From: Cyanophora paradoxa CCMP329 | Lineage: Eukaryota; Plantae; Glaucophyta | Length of the DNA stretch: 64,000 nt | Direction: 5' to 3' | NCBI GenBank assembly: GCA_004431415.1 | Contig: QPMI01000134.1 | Location: 46,871 to 110,870, forward strand | Shown: in pieces, positions 23,818 through 36,028 of the stretch | How positions within the stretch are numbered: the first letter of the stretch is position 1 | How the letters are laid out: every line of letters starts with the position of its first letter | Notes under the pieces: generated by a model | Seen by the model: the letters and a program-made list of their open reading frames with translations, nothing else | What the model was told of the DNA's origin: nothing | Database searches by the model: none | Translations under genes and position numbers: made by a program

Positions 23818-26717
23818 CTCTTTAAGGAAAAAGGGGGGCGGGCGGGGCGGCGGCGGGGGAAAATGCGAGCCGGGGGCGGGGGCGGGGGCGGGGCGGGCGG
23901 GGCGGCGCCAAGAGGAGTGGATTGGAAGCCGCGAGCTGTTGGTGCGCTGCCGATGGCGAGGCTCGGGCCTCGGGTCTCGGGGGAGGCGGCACGGAAGGCG
24001 GGCCGCGGCGCGCGCCCTCAGAGTCAGTACAGGAGAATTCGAGGAAGAGGAGTCGCAGGCTGAAAGGCCGCGATCGGGCGCGCGGGCGCGGGCGGGCCCG
24101 CGCCCCGCTGGCGGGCCCTCGCGCCCTGCAGCTGGCTCCAGATCTCTCATGATCAGTCTACCGGGCCAGTACTATAGCTAGAACTAGTCACGTGCACTGG
24201 GCCACTGCATGGGGAAGGGGAAGGGGGTCCTTCCCCAATGATAGCGCTAGCCTAGTACCGTAGTACACGTATACGTAGCTAGCTATAGCTATAGCTATAT
24301 AGCTATAGCTGCCACGGCCTCAGCTCTTAATTCGGCCCTTCCATTTCGCTGCGAAAATCGGGCGAGTCCCGTCCCGGTTTTTTGTATGGGCCAGTTTGCA
24401 ACGTCAGTGGGCGCCCGCCATAGTAAAAGACCGGGAATTTTCCCGGTTTTTTGTGGTAACGAGCTCGGATCCCGCGGGGCCCGCTTTTCAAACAAAGCCG
24501 CATTCGCGTCGCTGCGCACGCGGCACACGATGCGACGTAGCTACAGCGCGCGGAGAGGCGGTAGAGAGGCCGGGGCGGCGTGCGGGCGGCCGGTGGACGC
24601 CGGCGCAGCGCCCCCGGGGAGCGGCGGGGCGGGCCGGGGCGCGGGGCGCGGGGCGCGGGGCGCGGGCGCGGGAGAGAGGCGGGGCGCTGCTGGGGACGGC
24701 GGCGGCGGCGCGGGCCGATCGGCGGCGCAGCGGCCTCAACCTCCGTCCCCTCCGCCGGGCCCGGCCCGACGCGCCCGCCCCGCCCGCCCCGCGCCAGTCC
24801 TCCTCCCGCGGCTGCGGGCGGGCGGGCGGTGGGCGCGGGGCCGCGGGGCGGGGCCGGTGTCGGGGCGCGCACCGCGGGCGGGCGCCGGGAGGCGCGAGCG
24901 GCGGGCGGGCCTCGGGCTCCGCAGCGGCTACGGTCGCTCCGGCGGGGCGCGCGGCTCGGCCGGGGCCGCCGCGAGGCGCTCCTCCGCCAGCGCGCCCGCC
25001 GGCGGCCCGGAGGCGAGGTCGAGGAGGGCGGGGGCGGGCGGGGTCGGGGGGGCGAGGGCGGCGCCGTCCGCGGGGCGATCGGCGGGGGACGAGGCGGGCG
25101 AGGGCGGCGCCCGCCGGCCGGCCCTCAGCTCCGGGCACCGCCTGCTCCGAGGGCGGCCCTGCTTCGTCCTGCTTCCGCCGCCGCCGCTCCTCCGCCGCCC
25201 CGCGCCCGCGCCGCCGCAGCTCGGGCCGGCGTCCGATGCCCGCGCCTTTGCCTGCGGCCGCTGCGGCGTACGCGCCGGAGAGCCTCGGCCCGCCGGCGCC
25301 GCCTCCGCGCCCACGGGCCGCGCGCCGCCGGGGCGCACGCGCGGCGAGGGCGGCGCCCTGGGGCGGGCGGGCGGCGGGAGGGAGTGGCGGCGGGGGCCGC
25401 GGGGCGCTGTGGGGGCCGAGCTGCGGGCGGCCGCCGGGGAGCGCCCTGTGCAGAGGAGAGCGGACTCCGGGCGCGAGGCCGTACGCAGAGGCCGGCCGCC
25501 GCCTCACAGCTGAGCGGCGCCCCGTGCCGCGCCGGCTCCGTTGGATTCGCGGCGGTTACTAACTGCCGACAGCCGTTAGGCTAACTGCCGCGCAGCGGAG
25601 GGGGCGGCGCTTCGGGGCTTCGGGGCACACGCTGCTCCTCGCTGGGGACCGATGCGGGGCGGCCTCCGTGCCGCGAACCGCGTCACGGGCAATGCCGAGC
25701 CGTGCTCCACGGGCTTCGTGCTCCGCGCCCCACTCACGGCGACTCCGCCCTTCGCCCGCCAGTCCATTCAAGCGCGGCGCGGCCATCCGGGGCGACCTGC
25801 CGCGGGCGTGCGTCAGCTTCGACTTCGCCGCATGCAAATGCACGACGCTGTGCGAACCAATGCCCTCCGCCAAGGCCGCCGCCGCCGCCGCGCCTCCGCC
25901 GAGCTCGCGACGACCGCGAGCGGCCATTGCGGCGCTTCCAAGGGAGGCTGATCGTGCTCCAGATGCGTGGAGGAGCGCATTCTGTTGGCCAGCTGCTCGC
26001 CCGCACGCTGTGGAGCGAGATCTCGTCACGATTTCTGTGCCGGCTTGGGGTACAGCGATCGCCCGCTTCGCCACCTTCGCTCCTCGGGCTTCGATGCGCC
26101 TTGCGGCGCGGCGCCGGTATACGTGCATTCTATCTCTATCGACGGCATGTGCTGGTCTAACACGCGCCGCTCGCAGCCTTGCGATCTTGTGCGACTCGGC
26201 AATGCGGTCGATTGCAGGGATCAGCGCGCGCGCAGGCGCGCGGCTCGATGCGAGTGCGATGCGATCCCGGCGGCGAGCGGATCCAGGTACGCCGCTCGGC
26301 CGCGCACGGACGCGCCTAGGCCTATCCTGCGCGAGTCGCAGGGGGCGCGCGCGGGGACGATGCGGTCCTGCGGGGCCTCTGCCCGAGCCTGCCGCCTCGG
26401 CTCCGGACGAGGCGGCCCGCGTCGCGCCCGCGCGCACGCCGCCGACGTCCGCCTCGAGCGGCGCCCCGCGGGCCCCTCGGACTCGCGAGTCGCCTCGCGC
26501 GAGAGGCGCCGCCGCAGCGCCGCGCGCCGCGCCTCCGCGCGCCCCTCGAGCTCGGCGGCGGGCGGCGGCGACTCCTCCTCCTCCCTCCCGTGCGCCCCGC
26601 CCCGCCCCGCCCGCGCGCCCCGCCCCGCCCCGCCCCGCCCCGCCCCGCCCCCGCAGCTTAGCTTACTGAGTCTTTGGCCTTGGCTCTCTGGCTGTTTACT
26701 CTCCGCCCAGGTTCGAC

Positions 26718-29700
26718 ATGGCGCACGTGCTGTTCCTCGGCGTGGACCGCGGCGAGGCGCACGGCGCCAAGAAGGTCGCCACGGTGCGCGCCCCTCGTCT
26801 CATTCTTCTATAAGATTCTTTTACAAGAGCCGCGAGTATTGCTGTTTTTATTCTATCTAGATCTAGACCGTTATTCTATCTATCGGCTCGAAGAGGGTCG
26901 CCACGGCGCGTGAGCGCGCCTACGGTCGAGGGCGAGATGAAGCTGGGCGGGGCTCGCGGTCGCTAGGGAGCTAGCCGCGCGACGCCCGACCCCCGGCTCG
27001 CTCGGGAGCCCTGCGCCCGCGGTCGCTCGCCCCCGAGCTCCGCTCGCGGCCCCCGAGCCGAAAGCTAGGCGGAGCCCGCGGCTGCTAGAAAGGAAGCTAG
27101 CCGCCCCACGCCACGCCTGCGCGCCGCCCTGCCCGCCCCGCCCCGCCCGGCCCCCGGCTCGCTCGCTCGCCCGCGCCCCTCGAGCCGAGCCGCCGCATGG
27201 GGCGGGCCCGGGCGCAGCCGGAGCAGACGATGTACGCGAAGGAGTACTACAAGCGGGAGGCCGCCGACGCCCTCCTCGACGTCCGCCGCGAGGTGAGCGA
27301 GACCCAGTCTCGATGATCCGATCTGGCCCAGACTAGTCTAGCTAGGCCTATCCAGTCCGGTCCTCCGGTCTAGTCCAGCTGGGCCCCTTGTCTTAGCTTG
27401 CCTAGCATAGCATCTGCCTCTCTTTAGGCCCTAGCTGACTCCTCCTCGCAGTTCTCGGGTGCCGATCTGCTCTGGACGGACCACGGGCCGCTTCCGGGCG
27501 AGAAGGTCAGGCCCTTACCCGCGGGCCTCTACCCCCCGCCCCCTCGCGATCCACTCGCCCCCGGGCCATCTTCCACGCCGTGCCGCTCCTTATGCGCTCA
27601 CGTCGGACTCTAAACCGCGGGCCTCCACCCGGGCTACCTACCCACGCCCGGGCGTCCCTCACGCCACTCACGCCGCCCCTCACGCGCCCCCGCGCCCGCC
27701 CCGCCCCCCAGATCCGGCGGATGCACCGGGAGGACCCCCTCCCGAACCGGCCCCCGATCCTCAAGTCCGCCCTCGTCATCCCGGTCCGTCCGTCCGCCCG
27801 CCCGCCCCGCGCGCCCCGCCCGCCCGCCCGCCTCGTCCTTCCGCTCGCCTCTACATTATATGCTTCCATAGCTTCCATTTAAGCTGGGCTCGGGCGCGCG
27901 TGCCGCGTCAGCGCACCCTCCCGGCCGGGCCGGGCCCCTTAGGTAGCCAGCGCGGGTCTCTGAGCGCGCGCGCAGGCGCCGGCGTGGCGGACGGCGAACT
28001 TCCTGTGGGACCCCACGAGCCGCACCAAGTGGGACAAGGTGCACCGGCTCCGACCATCCTTGAATTTGATCCCTAGATTAGATCTCGTAGAAGATCCGAT
28101 AGCGGAGCGCTCGTTTTCCGAGCGCCCTCAGAGTTTTAGCTTCCTAGCTAGCTTACTTCCCAAGCTCATCTAACCAATTGTTCTCCGGCCCCCCCTCGCC
28201 CGCTCGCCCGCGCGCGCAGCTGGCGCTGCGGTGCGGGGTGGTGGACGAGCTGGAGCGGACGACGCGGGTCGACTACGTCGAGGAGACGAACCTGCTCCCG
28301 GGTCACCTCCCCCGCAACATGGTCCTCGTCGCCACCGTCCAGGTGGGCGCCAGCACCCGTCTGGCTGCCGGGCTCTGGGGCGAGAGGGCGGGCGGGCGCC
28401 GGTCCCGCCGACACGGCTCCCTCTCTCTGCAGCGCGACCTGCACGCGCGCATGTTCGTGATCGCCTACCGCTCCGTCATCCACAAGAAGGGTGCTTCGCT
28501 TAACCCTGCTTCACCCTGCTTCTCTTTTTCCGCGGAGCTGCGCTGTTCTGAACCGGGGCGCGCAGTCAAGGTGGAGGGGCAGTTCATCCGAGCGCACGTC
28601 TTCAAGGGGGTGCGCCGCGCGGCGGGGCGGGGCGGGGCGGGGCGGGGAGCGAGAGGGGGCGGGGATACGCCGAGCGGTGGGGCGGGGCGGGACGCGGCTA
28701 TCGATGTCTCCCTTCCGGCGCAGCTCAGCTTTACGTCTCGACTCAGGAGCGCTAGAACAAGGGCCTTCTGACAGGGCGCGGCGCGGCGCGGCAGGGCTTC
28801 ATCGTTCGGGAGGTCGACGAGCGCAGCAGCGAGCTGACGTACGTCATCCAGATGGACGTCAAGGTAGCCTACCCCCTCCTATTATTCCCCTCCCCGTGAC
28901 GTCACGCCCACCGTGACGTCGCGCCACTCGATTAGGGCGTCCTATCGCGCGTCACGGCGGAACATTACTTCGCGCGGCGCATGCTGGCGCCGCAGCAGGC
29001 AGGCTTTCCCGTACCCCTCTTGTCTTCCTCCCCGCCCTTCCTCAGTGCCGCCCCCCTCCCCGCTTTGCAGATCGGGTACGCCCTTAGGATCGAGTACCTG
29101 TCCAACTGCGGGAAGGTTTGTGTACCCCGGCCGGGCTCCGCGGGCCCCGTACCCCGTCTCGCGGGCCGCGCTGACGCCCCTGGCAGTGGATCAAGGGCGG
29201 GCTCTTCCCCCCCCGCTCCCTCGTCTCTGAGTCGCGGCACATCCAGGGGGCCCTGAAGAAGGTACGAGCTGGAGCACGCTCTTGTTTGTTCCCGCGCGTT
29301 TCCTCGCTCGGGAGCTGACGGGTACGCGGCAAGATCCGGGGGATGAAATCGCTGGTGTCGTTCCTTCCGGGGTCCTCTTCGGGGCAGCCGTCGCCCACGG
29401 GCTCCGAGGAGGACGAGCCGGGGTACCCGCGCCCCGCCCCGCCGCACGAGGGCGCGGAGGGCGCCGGGGGGGAGGCCCCGCGGGGGGGTACGGAATCCGA
29501 GCCCCACGAGGCGGCGGCGCCCCGCGAGCCCCAGGCGGACCCCGAGAGGGCGCGCTTACCCTCCCCGGGGCCGGACGCCGACGCGCCGTCACCGCAGCCG
29601 TTGCCGGGGCCGCCCGAGTCGGCGCAGCCGTCGCGGAAAGCGGCGCGGCTCGCCGCGCCGCAGCCGCTCGACGTGGCAGGCGACCGTTCCCCCTCCCCTT

Positions 29701-32222
29701 CCCTCTCCTCCCCGTCGCCCGTCGCGGCGGCGGCCGGGGCCGCGCGGCGGCCGCAGCGAAGTCGCCGCAGGGGCAGGGGCCGGCGGGCCGGCAGAGGGGC
29801 CAGCGGTCCCCGGCCCTGGGAAGGGGGCGCCCTCGATCGGGAGCGCTGCCTCCCTAGAGGCCGCCCCCGCCTCGGACGCGGCGGGGCTCCCGGCGACCCT
29901 CAAGCCCCGCCCCGCGCTGCCGCCCGCCGCCGGAGCCGGAGCCGGCGCCGGCGCCGGGTCCTCCCTCGCCGCCGCCGCCGGCGCCGCCGCGCCCCGCCCG
30001 TCAACAACGGCGGCGGCGGCGTCGCTTCTCCCCCGCCGCCGCCTCCGTCCCGGGCTCTCGCCCCGACTCCTTCAGCTGGCAGCAGCCGGACCAGCGGCGG
30101 CCCTCGACGAGCGACGGCCTGGCCGGCTCGAGCCTCCTCCCGCCGGGCGCTGTCATCGCCGGCATCAGGTCCGCCCGTCCGCCCGCCCGCCCGTCTGCGG
30201 GCTGCGCAGCGCCGCACAGGAGGGCTCTCTGAGCGGCGGATACTTTGATATAGAAAGCGGCACAGAAGACGATTTTCTCGCCTCTACCTGCCCGTGACCC
30301 GCCCGCACGCAGGCGGGCGTCGACGGCGGCGAGCCTGCCGCGCACCTACTCCGGCACCTCCCTCGCATCCACCGTCCTCCTCAACCCGCCCCAAGTGAGA
30401 GAATCTGCTAAGCCTGCTCTAACCAACCCCTTCCTCTCTCTCCCCCTCTCGAATCTTCTTCCGCCCTCACGCCTCGGGCAGACGGCGCCGGCGGGCCCGC
30501 CGAAGCGGCCGAGCGGCCTGAGCGCCCTCCAGGTGCGCCCTTCCGAGGGCCCGGGCCCAAGAAGCTTGAATCTAGCCGAACCTAGGCCTAGCTGGAACTT
30601 GAGACTTGACATTCGAAGCCTAGAGAACCCAGAGAACGCCCGCCGAGGGGCCCGGCCCGGCCCCCCGCCCCCGCCCGCGCCCTCCTCCTCATCGCGGGGC
30701 AGGCGCTGCTGGACGCGAGTCCGGTGGTCTTCGACGCGGAGGAGCTCGCCCGCGAGGAGCGCCGCCTCCGCCGCCGCCGCCGGTGCGAGCCGCCCGCCCC
30801 CGCCCCGGCCCCGCCCCGGCGCCAGGTCGTCGCTAGCTGTATCCATCTAGAGCTACTACACCGTGAATGCTAGAGAACGAGGCCTCTTCTGACGGTGCCG
30901 CGCAGGCTGGCGCGGCAGGCGGCGGCGGAGGCGCAGGCGGACGCGGAGCGCGTCGCCACGCCGGCGGCCCTGCAGCAGCTGCAGCTGCAGCACTCGGCGA
31001 CGGCCCCGGGGGCGCTCGCGCCGGGCCTGGCGGGGGCGGTGGCGCAGCTCGCCGCGCGGCGCATGTCGCGGCGCATGTCCCTCATGAAGCTCGCCGAGCT
31101 CGCCGCGCAGGGCGCCGAGGTCTCCGCCTTTCTGAGGTGCCGCCCCCCTCCCTCCGGCGCGTCCGCAGAGGCTCACCTCGTTCGCCGCGGCGCAGCTCGG
31201 ACGGCTCGCCGCTGCGGCAGGCGGTGGGCGGCGGCGGCGGGGCGGGCGCGTGGAGCGAGGAGAGCAGCTCGGGCAGCAGCGCGGAGGAGGCGGCCGCCAA
31301 CTCGGCGCAGGAGGAGGACGAGGCCGAGGAGGAGAGAATGCGCGAGGCGCGCCGGCGGAGCCGCTGTTTGCTGTCGTTCGTTTCTGTTTGCTGTTCGCTG
31401 ATGGTGGTCCCGGGCGCAGGAGGACCCGCTGAACCTCACGGGCTGGGCGAACGCTCGCCAGGCCAAGAAGGCGCGGCACCGGGGGGCGGGGGCGGGGCCC
31501 GCGGCCCCCGGGCAGGAGGGCAGGGCGGCCGCCGCGGCTGCGGCGAAAGGGCCGCTCAAGTCGGGGGGGGTGGGGGCCCGCCTCTTCCGGAAGTACATGG
31601 CGGTACCCCTCCCGTCCATGCGGCTCCTGAGGGAGCGCGGCTCCCGCTCCCCCTCCCCGGACTCCCGCTCGGCCTCTCCCCCCCGGGCCCAGACCGCCGC
31701 CGGCCGCGTCCGCGTCTCTACCCCCCTCGACCCCGTCCACCAGGCGGTGCGCGTGCCCTCCTCCCGCCTTCATCTCGTCCCACCTTGACCAGGGTACGGC
31801 AGGCTCTGGACTTTGCGAACGCGCGGGCGGAGGCGCGGCGGCTGCGGCACGAGGCTGGCATGAGCGCGTCCGCGGGGAGCCTCTCCTTCGGCGACCTACC
31901 CCCTCCGCCCGGCGACCTCCCGCCGGGCCTCAGATACGTACCCCCACCGCGGAACAGGCGGGCGTCCACGGCGGACGGGGTACGCCGCTCCTCCGCGTCG
32001 GGCGGCGGGCGCCGGAGGAGCAGCATACTGGCGCCCGCCGGATCCGAACCGCCGCCCGCCGGCGCCGGCGCCGGGCTGGGGCCCCAGGGGCGGGGCCAGG
32101 GGCACCTCTCGGTCACGCAGTCGGCCCCCTCGCTCGGGGGCCTGGGCCTGCGCTCCGGCGCCCGCCCCGCGACGGTCCCCGCGGAGCCCGCCCGCCCGCA
32201 CCTGCCCCCGGGGGCGGCGTGA
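26718..32222 (+). CDS. START-domain gene, recombinant copy (5' part from a diverged paralog, 3' part near-identical to copy A)
   Basis: 25290-28322 is a diverged homolog of 3503-6903 with different introns. From ~28323 exons and introns match copy A except for scattered 1-bp indels. Confidence 0.7.
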
Positions 32223-32717
32223 CTCTCTCTAGTACACGAGTGATCCCCGGGGGCGACGTGACTCTAGTGCGATTTCTTGCTCTTCTGTACACTATGGTTT
32301 CGTCCTTATTCTAGTTAGCGTTGAGTCTTATATATTCCGGCATCCCACTGAGCCTGCCCGGCGGCCAAACGTTAACCCGAGCCCGGATCGCGAGCCCGAG
32401 CTACCCTCGCAGTCGATCTCGCCGAAAAACATCGTACAGACAGACTCATGATCAAAGACAGACTCTTAGGCAGCTAGGACAGAACCGCTAGACAAGAATC
32501 ACAATTTGGAAAGACAAAGTACGTCCAGCCGCCTGAACAATTCAACCGAATTCGAAGGGAAATTGTAGACTTTGGCGGATGCGGAGCGCGGGGCCTCGCG
32601 GAGGAGGGCTGAACCTCGGGAGCCCCGAGAGCACCCGCGGCCTCCTCGAGGAGGGAGGGAAGGGGGAGGGAAGGGCCGGGGAGGGGGCGGGCCGGAGCCG
32701 GGCAGGCAGGCAGGCCC

Positions 32718-34056
32718 TCAGCGGCGGGCGCCCTCGTCGCAGGCCTCGAGCAGGAGCCGGAGGCTGACCCGCCGGAAGGTCGCCTCCGCGTAGTACGGGA
32801 TCGCCTTGCGCGCGAAGACGAGCCGCAGGTCGGACGGGATCTCCCCCGCTGAGGGGCGATCAAATTCGGTTGGCTGGCGGGGCGGGGTGGTTCTGGGGCG
32901 GGGGCGCACGGGCGGGGAAGCGGCAGGACTTCTCGTCGTGGAGGAGGACGATGTTCTTCCCCGCCCGCGCCGCGTGCCGCACCTCGCCCAGCACGTAGTG
33001 GCTCGCCAACACGTCTGCGCGGCACCGTAAGATCAGGCGCCGCCAGGAACGCGGCGGCAGCCTCGCGGACCCTGGGAGATGATGAGGACGACGCTCGCGG
33101 AGGCGTCGATGATGTTCTCGAGCCTGCGGGGCGGGGGGCCGGCCCGGGTGAGAGCGCGGCGAGCACTCCAACTCGAGAGGGGCGCACTGGTGGAGCTCGA
33201 GGCGGGAGTCGTCGGCGTCGAGGAAGACGCGGAGGCCGGGGCCGGCCTGCTCGAGCTGGAGCTTGAGGGCGAGGGCGAGGTGGCCGGCCGAGGTCGGCTA
33301 GTGGAAGAGGAAGACGTCGTACTGGGCCGCTGCGGCGGGGCGTGAGGCGGAGGGGCGGAGGGGCAAACTGCTCCGGAGTGGTGCACGGACCGGGGGCCGG
33401 GGCGGCGGGGCGCGGGTCGGCGGGGCGGGCTGCGGCGGGGCGGCGGGGCACACCGCGGGGCGGGGCGGGGAGGGAGCGGAGGGATCCGAGGCGTTCAGGC
33501 GTTCAGAGGGGTTGCCGCTCACGTCCAGCGTCTGCAGACGGGAGAGGCGGCCGATCTCCGGCGGCAGCGCCGCTAGCTGATTTTTCTCCACGCTCAGCTT
33601 CTGCAGGCTGGAGAGGCGGCCGATCTCCGGCGGCAGCACCGTCAGCTGGTTGCTGCTCACGAGCAGCTCCTGCAGGCTGGAGAGGCGGCCGATCTCCGGC
33701 GGCAGCGCCATCAGCTGGTTGTTGCTCACGTACAGCTCCTGCAGGGCGGCGAGGCGGCCGATCTCCGGCGGCAGCGCCGTCAGCTGGTTGCCCTGCACGT
33801 TCAGCCACCGCAGGGCGGTGAGGCGGCCGATCTCCGGCGGTAGCGCCGTCAGCCGGTTGTTGCTCAACCACAGCCACTCCAGGTTCGTCAGCTTGGCGAG
33901 CTCGGCCCCCGGGATGCTCGTGAGCTCGTTTCCCCAAAGCTCGAGCCAGCGGATGTTCTCGGGCCCCGCCGCCGCGATCTCCGCCGCCGGCCACTCCTCC
34001 CGATCCTTCCCCCCCAGGTCCAGCTTCCCCTCCGCCGGGATCCACTCCTTGCCCAT
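32718..34056 (-). pseudogene. LRR-TIR gene 1B: 6 LRR repeats (four fewer than 1A), SARM1-like TIR with a TAG in its first strand region
   Basis: The LRR array is 276 bp shorter than in 1A. The TIR begins YDVFLFH*PTSAGHLA instead of YDVFLSHKQSSAGHFA. Confidence 0.8.
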
Positions 34057-35154
34057 GCCTGCGGGGGCGCGCGGCCCAGAGCGAGCGATTCGAATTCGTT
34101 GGTTCTAGACCGGGATCCCCCCAGCGGCAACTAGCAAGCAATCCAGGCCATGCGCCCGCCCGGAGGAGCGCACTTTCGACGGATCGACTTCCCGCAGAAG
34201 AGCCGAGCTTTCGGGCCCGACGGAGCCCGCCCGGTCAGAAATCCTCGCCGGTCGCGTGCTGTCTAGATCTGCTGGACGCTCGCCCGCTGCCCTGTGGAGC
34301 TGCGCGCCGGTACAAGCAAGCAATGAGCGAACGACAGGAGCGATGCAAGAAACCCGTCGGCTTCGCACCTGCCGCGACAAACACCGCCTACACCGCCGTA
34401 ACACCGAGGCCCTCTGCGGCGTCGTACACGCCGTCCGAGGCCGTCCGACGCCGTCCGCGGCCGGCCGCCCGAAGCGCCGGGGTACGGGGTGCGGACGCAC
34501 CTCGGGCACTGCTGCTTCCATTGCTGTGGTACCTGTCAGCGCTGCGCATGCCTTTTCACTTCAGTACTTCCCACTGCAGACTGGCAGCAGCACGCAGCCG
34601 AATCAGCAGCGAAGCTCTGGTCTCCGGCTTCGGCGACCGGGACGCGGCCGCGGGCGAGACGTCGACTCGGACCCGGCAGCCGCAGCGCTAGCGGAGGCCT
34701 ATAGCTAGGCTATGGCGGATCGATATCGGAGCACAGCGGCGGATATCGATCGGAGCACAGCGCCGGAGCACTCGCGTCGGCCGTCCTATTGGCGCTAGCT
34801 ATTGAACTATTGACGCCGGCTTCGCGGACGCCATGCCGGAGCAGAGCGCCGGCCGTCCGATTGCCAGCGCTAGCTATATATATAGCGGCCGCGCCGCGGT
34901 ACCCGGTATCGCGTAGCGCTCCGATGGCCTGCAGCTGCAGCTGCAGCTGCGCGGGCTGCGGCGCGCGCGCGCGGCGGGAAACGGCGGGGCGCCTCCGCCG
35001 CAGCGCCGATTGTGAGGGCGGCGCCGGCGCCCCTATGGCTAGGGAGAGTGGCGGTCGCTAGGGAAGCGTAGCGCGAGGCGGACTCCGGGCCGGGGCAGGG
35101 CGGAGTGGCGGCCATCTAACTTAGCACATCGCGATCGAGGCGCGAAGCGCGAGC

Positions 35155-36028
35155 GGGGAAGGATTTGCATTAGCACACAACAACAACTTCTAGGAGTTTC
35201 ACATCGCCCAATTTATCTCTCCGACTAGATAACACTGAGGACCGTCGAGTGCTGTGCTCTGTCTAAGTGATGAGAAATTCTATCTACGTCCTATATCTAC
35301 AAATGGGGCGAGAGGCCGAAAGATACACCTGCAGAAAAAGCCCAGGCCCTACGCAGACCGATGAAGGCAAACAGAGCGCGCAAACACCCTCCAGACGTGG
35401 AAGTCCGCCCTAGGGAAGACCCACGTATAGCGGAGGGCAAGAAAGGCACTACGCCTGACAAGCAAAGGTCGACGGAAAGACCTGAGCTTTCCTGCATGTG
35501 GAAAAGACCCGCCATCTAGCGACTCGACTGCGAGGAGATTAGGAGCGGAACGAAATGAGAAAGCGCCGATGAGCTCCAGCGCCAAGCAAGGGTGCGGGGG
35601 CCGGGCGCCGTCCGCGTGTTAACGGAACACGTCGCCGCGCCAGTGTGCCACGCCAAGGCTGCCGCGCGTTCACTAACGCTGCGGCGCGTGGCGGCGTGGG
35701 CTTTGCGCGAAAGCCGGCCGACTTTGCGGCCAGCCGACGTCGCCGCGGCCGCTCCCGCGGCGCTCCTCGCCGCGCCGGAGACAACATAGAAGCAATCCCC
35801 TAACGCGCGCGCTCCTGAATCTCCTACGGAATGGCCGGCAACGAGGCCCGCCGCCGAGAACGCCAACTCGACACCCATTTCGCGCCGCCGCTCCGCGCGC
35901 CAGCCGCCTACTTCACGCTGGTCACGCTGAGCGACAGCGGCGGCGCCATGGACGGGCCGCAGCCAGCCGCGCGCCGACGCGGTGGGAAATTTTCTCGTAC
36001 CCGTCTCCGATTTTGGCGAAGCGCGAGC
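35155..36028. other. 874-bp segment present only in the second duplicate, bounded by a 13-bp direct repeat
   Basis: GCGAAGCGCGAGC occurs at 35142-35154 and 36016-36028, but only once (14009-14021) in the first duplicate. Confidence 0.9.
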
